From positions 108,748,001-108,812,000 of the forward strand of contig NC_079164.1 in assembly GCF_947568905.1 (NCBI RefSeq): a stretch of DNA of 64,000 nucleotides, read 5' to 3'. Positions 59,620 through 64,000 of this stretch are shown here, piece by piece. The position numbers were made by a program, and so were the translations under genes. Numbering within the stretch: position 1 is the first letter of the stretch; each line of letters starts with the position of its first letter. The stretch is from Ostrea edulis. Taxonomy: Eukaryota. The notes below the pieces were generated by a model. The model was not told the origin of the DNA. It saw only the letters and a program-made list of their open reading frames with translations, and searched no databases.

Positions 59620-60620
59620 CCAGTAAGCACATCATGCACCCTGAATTGATATCAGACACATTCCGAATAGAAAAGCCGTAAGATAGGTCATGGTGCACCA
59701 ATCTATCTGACATGTGAACTGATTATGTGTTTCTCTGAGAGGAAGATTGTGACAAAACATCAGTGCAATATCTGTATCCATGGTGAGAAAAAGTCCAGAA
59801 AACTATTTGACCTAAATTTTGCCCTAAAGTAGGTCGCGGTGCACAAATTAAGTTGAAATATGAACTCATTATATATTTCTCTCAGAGGGAGGTTGTAACC
59901 ATTTCAGGGCAATACCTAAATTCATAACGAAAAAAATCTGAGAAAACTTTGACTTACTTTTACCCCCTAAAGTAGGTCATGGTGCACAAATCAAGCTGAA
60001 ATGCAAATTGAATTTAAATTCCTCTGAGAGGAAGCTTGTAACTAAATATACATGTACCCGTAACAAAAACAAGGTTTTACTACTAAATGATACTACGCCC
60101 TTGACCTTTGACCTTGAGAAACAATTGGCATCCTCCGCTTGGCATAAGGTGTATGTGTACCAAGTTTGATGGTCCTAGCCCCAACGATTCGGTTTGTATC
60201 CTGCCTACAAGGCTTTCTTACTAAGTGATACTACGATCTTGATCTCTGACTTTGAAGAACAAAAGGCGCCCTCTACTTGGCATGAGGAGTATATATGTGT
60301 ACCAAGTTTGACGATCCTAGCTCCAATAGTTCTGTCTGTATTCTGCCTACAAGGTAGTTTTCCCACTACGTGATACTACGACCTTGACCTTTAATCTTGA
60401 AGAGAAAAGGCGTCCTCCAATTGGCATGAGGAGTATCTCCTCTTAATTGATCTACGACCTTGACCTTGAAAAACATTAGGCATCTTCCTATTACCATGAT
60501 GATCAAATGTACTAAGTTGTGAGATCCTGGAGCTTACGGTGGTTTTGCATTTTGCTTACATGGACCGGACAGGCAGACGGACGACGCCATACCATAATAC
60601 TTTAACATGCGTATGAAAAG
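59620..60620 (+). mobile_element. degenerate Helentron-type non-autonomous element(s) (HINE/pearl-like)
   Basis: Two sets of roughly 130-150 bp degenerate tandem monomers (AGGTCATGGTGCAC..; GATACTACG.CCTTGACCTT..GTACCAAGTTTGA), a GGACAGGCAGACGGACG microsatellite and a CCATAATAC..GCGTAT.AAAA end, as recalled for bivalve HINEs. Confidence 0.55.
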
Positions 60621-60972
60621 GATATAGGGTTTTAGTATTTTCAATATTGTATTGGGTATTATTTTGCAAGAGGGGGAGGGGGTGGCGTTATCTACATTAT
60701 CATAACGTAAAGGCTAACTATAGACGAAGTCTGATGTGTGACAAATTTATGACAATTTCTATCGTTTGAAAAAGAATGATCAAGATAATACTTGATGTAA
60801 TTGCATAGAATGTGACATAGAATGTGACATAGAATGTGAGTTTCATGTGAATCAACCTGAGGAAAGGATTGAAAAATAGATAAATAAGAACACCCAACAC
60901 TATAATGACATCGGAGAAAGTATGACAAAAGTGATTGTAAATTGCATCTAAATGTTAATTCAAACATTATTG

Positions 60973-61185
60973 CTGTAATTTGTTTCGATGCATCAGTTTG
61001 TAAGTAGAGTTCACTGTAATTTGTTTCGATGCATCAGTTTGTAAGTAGAGTTCACGTAATTTGTTTCGATGCATCAGTTTGTAAGTAGAGTTCACTGTAA
61101 TTTGTTTCGATGCATCAGTTTGTAAGTAGAGTTCACTGTAATTTGTTTCGATGCATCAGTTTGTAAGTAGAGTTCACGTAATTTG
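60973..61185. repeat. 41-bp minisatellite, 5 units
   Basis: Unit CTGTAATTTGTTTCGATGCATCAGTTTGTAAGTAGAGTTCA (one 40-bp variant). Confidence 0.95.
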
Positions 61186-61359
61186 AACATACATGTATCT
61201 AGAAGTAACAATTTCAAATGTCTTCAATTTTTTCTTAGTGAATTTCATGAGAAAATAATCGTAAAAGATTCTTGCCGATCAGACAGAATGACTTCCTTGT
61301 GTTCAGGAATTGTCCCCCGGAATTTGGTTAAAATGATAAACATCAAGAATAGAGTACCA

Positions 61360-61434
61360 CATCGTCGGATACCCGCGGGGAGATCTCGTCCTCTACTCGT
61401 CACTGACGAGATCAGACGTGGGTATTCGACTATG
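61360..61434. mobile_element. 75-bp palindromic mini-element with a probable 9-bp TSD
   Basis: CATCGTCGGATACCC..GATCTCGTC / GACGAGATC..GGGTATTCGACTATG; flanks AGAGTACCA and AGAGTA(TA)CCA. Confidence 0.6.
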
Positions 61435-61868
61435 AGAGTATACCATTGATGGTTAATTTTGTATAACAAATTTGTGTTATTAATTTTGTATAACAAATTT
61501 GTGTTATAAATTTTGATAGTCAGCTAATTGCGTACTCGTATCAATATACATGTAAACTACATCTCATCTAGTCTACAGTCAGATCATGAATATATCATTG
61601 GCGTCGGACGTAAACAGAAGAATAGTAGGGTGTCAAAATTGAGGTGGATGGGTGGGGTGGGGGTCTTCGGTCACTTTGTGGTTCAGTGGTTCGAAGGCAT
61701 TGCTTGGATAAGACCACAAAACCGGGACGGTTATGACTAAATAGTACCCCTGAAAGGCAAGTTTCCCACGTTATTTCCCCCTGTTCAGAAAGGTGAAGAT
61801 ACCGAACAGTGATCAATCTCATAACTCCTATAAGTAATACAAAATATAGAGTTGGACAAACACGGACC

Positions 61869-62279
61869 CAGTGGCGGATTTAAGCCCCCCCCCCCCCCCA
61901 TAAATTTTCAAACTTAAGGTAAATCGTGGTATCTTGTTTAGAAAATGTACTAAACAATGTAAGAAGCAATAATTTCTTCCACTCCCGGAGAATTAATGAC
62001 AAAATCTATTGATTTCTTGAATTACTTTATTGGGAGAACTTAATTTTTTCCAAAAACCCTTAAAATTTGCGTCATTTTATTAATTTCACCTCTTAAAAAA
62101 TGATAAAAAATAGTACAAAAGACTAAATAGGAGATATATTTCAAGCCCTATAAAATCTGTAAAATCCAGGAACTTCCGGGGGTTTCGCCCCCTGGGCCCC
62201 CACCAGGGCTTCGCCCCCAGACTCCCTGTCTCATAAAGTGCCCCCCCCCCCGTAACCACAATTCCTGGATCCGCCCCTG
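61869..62279. mobile_element. 411-bp MITE with 5-bp TSD (hAT5-like), inverted relative to 46027-46432
   Basis: CAGTGGCGGATTTAAG ... CTGGATCCGCCCCTG; GGACC at 61864-61868 and 62280-62284. Confidence 0.92.
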
Positions 62280-62535
62280 GGACCCCTGGACACACCAGAG
62301 GTGGGATCAGGTGACTAGGAGGAGTAAGCATACTCTGTCGACTGGTCACACTCGCCTTGAGCCCTTTGTCTTGATTAGCTAAACGGGGTAATCTGTAGTC
62401 AAAATCAGTGTGTCAAGAACGGTCAAGCAATCGGTATGAAACACGTAAAACAGCATTTGACCCTATCATAGGTTGTATCAATTGGCAAACTTTATTATTA
62501 TAACGACCATAGAATTTGCAAAATGCTGGCTTTAA

Positions 62536-63033
62536 AGGGACTGATTCATGTTTTTCGAAAGAAATATTTTTCATTTTTGATGTTAAAAATTAAAAATATA
62601 ACTCATTTAATGTTGACAACCAAAATTTGGACCGTCTGAATGCAAGGATAAGAGCAATATGTAATCAAAGACTCGAGTCTTTTTATGCAAACAAACAAAC
62701 CAGTGAAACGTTAATATTGTAATTCAAAGCATCCTCATTTTGTACAATCACAAATCTTAACTTTTAAATGACACATTTTACCTAAAGTATACTTGAAATG
62801 TGATATGTATAATAAACTTGGATCAATATCCATTTATTCTGAAAACTTCGTAAACAATAACACACATCACTCTTTGTGTTTTCAAAACAAATAAGAAACT
62901 CTCTATGACGAGCTTCTGTCATTACGTATAACCTCAATTTTTTTTGTGAAACCTTCTAGACATATTAGACTGTAGATTTTGATCATTTAAAGTGAAAAAC
63001 AAAATTTGGGGGGGAACTCGTGAATCAGTCCCT
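62536..63033. mobile_element. 498-bp Kolobok-like MITE
   Basis: TTAA | AGGGACTGATTCA ... TGAATCAGTCCCT | TTAA, a perfect 13-bp TIR inserted at the TTAA of the PLE codons R-L-K. Confidence 0.9.
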
Positions 63034-64000
63034 TTAACCGACACTGCTGAAACCTCTGTAACACCAACTTGTTTGTCAGTAGCCTGCCTCGATTTAAAGA
63101 CTTATCATACGCAGAAAAGCTCTTGCGAATCGAATCAGTTGAGAGATTTGAACACCATATGCAGGTGATAATTAAATATTGCTACATAAATATGGAAAGC
63201 TGACGATATAGAAGTTGAAATCTGAAGTCTGTCATAAAGTTGAGTTGTTAGTTAGCCATAAATATTCATGTTCAATAGTATATATAAACATTAAATCATG
63301 TCATTCTCTAATGTGAAAAAAGTAAAGAGACTTTTGCTGTATACAATTGATCGGATTGAATTGTGCCTTCTCGACGATGTTATATTTGAATTTATGAAAA
63401 AGGCGATGAATTTCATCATATTTTTTCCCAAATGAATATTTTTAAAAGATTGGAAAAATGTAATTACAACAAAAATTTCACTACAGATGATTGTTTTAAA
63501 ATTTCACAATCTATTTTCCTTCAGCAGCTGCAATTTTGCTACTGAATTTATCCAGACTTTTTTTTAAACTAATCATACGAAATTGGTGGGTCACCCAAGT
63601 TTAATTCGCCAATTGCATACATGTATATGTATATAGTGGGCTATCGTATTATACCTCAACACGCATGTATACACTAATATATTGTAATTTTATGTCATCT
63701 TTATTGAATTGTGGGAATAAAGGATTGGATGCGCTACTTTCGAGATAAGAACTCTTCTGTGTAGGAGCTGCATATAGTGGAACATTGATGTCTGGCACCC
63801 GAGTTCAAGAGTGCTGCACAAAGAGTAATACACAAGACCTGCCTTTCAGGGATACTGAATTAATCAGTCCGATTTCTAGGATTACTGTAATAACCTGCTA
63901 AGCTTTTCAACAGAGAGAGAATAATACACAAGACCGGCCTTTCAGGGATACTGACGTAATATCAACGGAGAAGTAAGCCGATGAAGTGAATCTTTGGGGG

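Larger units (their letters stand above)
61790..63285 (-). mobile_element. Penelope-like element (RT C-terminus plus 3' end) carrying two nested MITEs
   Basis: Minus strand reads ILLNMNIYG*LTTQLYD..FPYLCSNI..PAYGVQISQLIRFARA..RGRLLTNKLV..RLKPAF..KFYGRY with frameshifts and ends at TTCACCTT. Continuity is restored by removing 61869-62279 and 62536-63033. Confidence 0.85.

Overview
AT-rich, intron-containing animal genomic DNA. The repeat families look like a bivalve, probably an oyster; this is inferred from repeat types only. One clear protein-coding gene is present: a divergent Rab-family small GTPase on the + strand (coding exons 13749-13925 and 18053-18496, 206 aa, C-terminal CC), resembling invertebrate RabX6, with non-canonical G3 (DTGGME) and G4 (NMAD) motifs. 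The rest is a dense transposon and repeat landscape: a Tc1 transposase remnant, two L2/CR1-type LINE 3' ends, a decayed RTE LINE, four Penelope-like (probably Naiad-type) fragments, tRNA-derived SINEs, six CAG-ended MITEs with 5-bp TSDs, TTAA-flanked Kolobok-type MITEs, an AcademH-like element with a 9-bp TSD, Helentron-like remnants, tiny palindromic elements, and about ten minisatellite arrays, two with higher-order structure. The least explained signals are (i) about 4 kb of apparently decayed, intron-less minus-strand coding sequence of unknown family (41750-44750 and 46750-48090) and (ii) a cleanly spliceable three-exon 3' end of an unrecognised small Cys/Trp/Tyr-rich protein (28311-28747). 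All calls were made by eye; family names come from recalled motifs, not from database searches.
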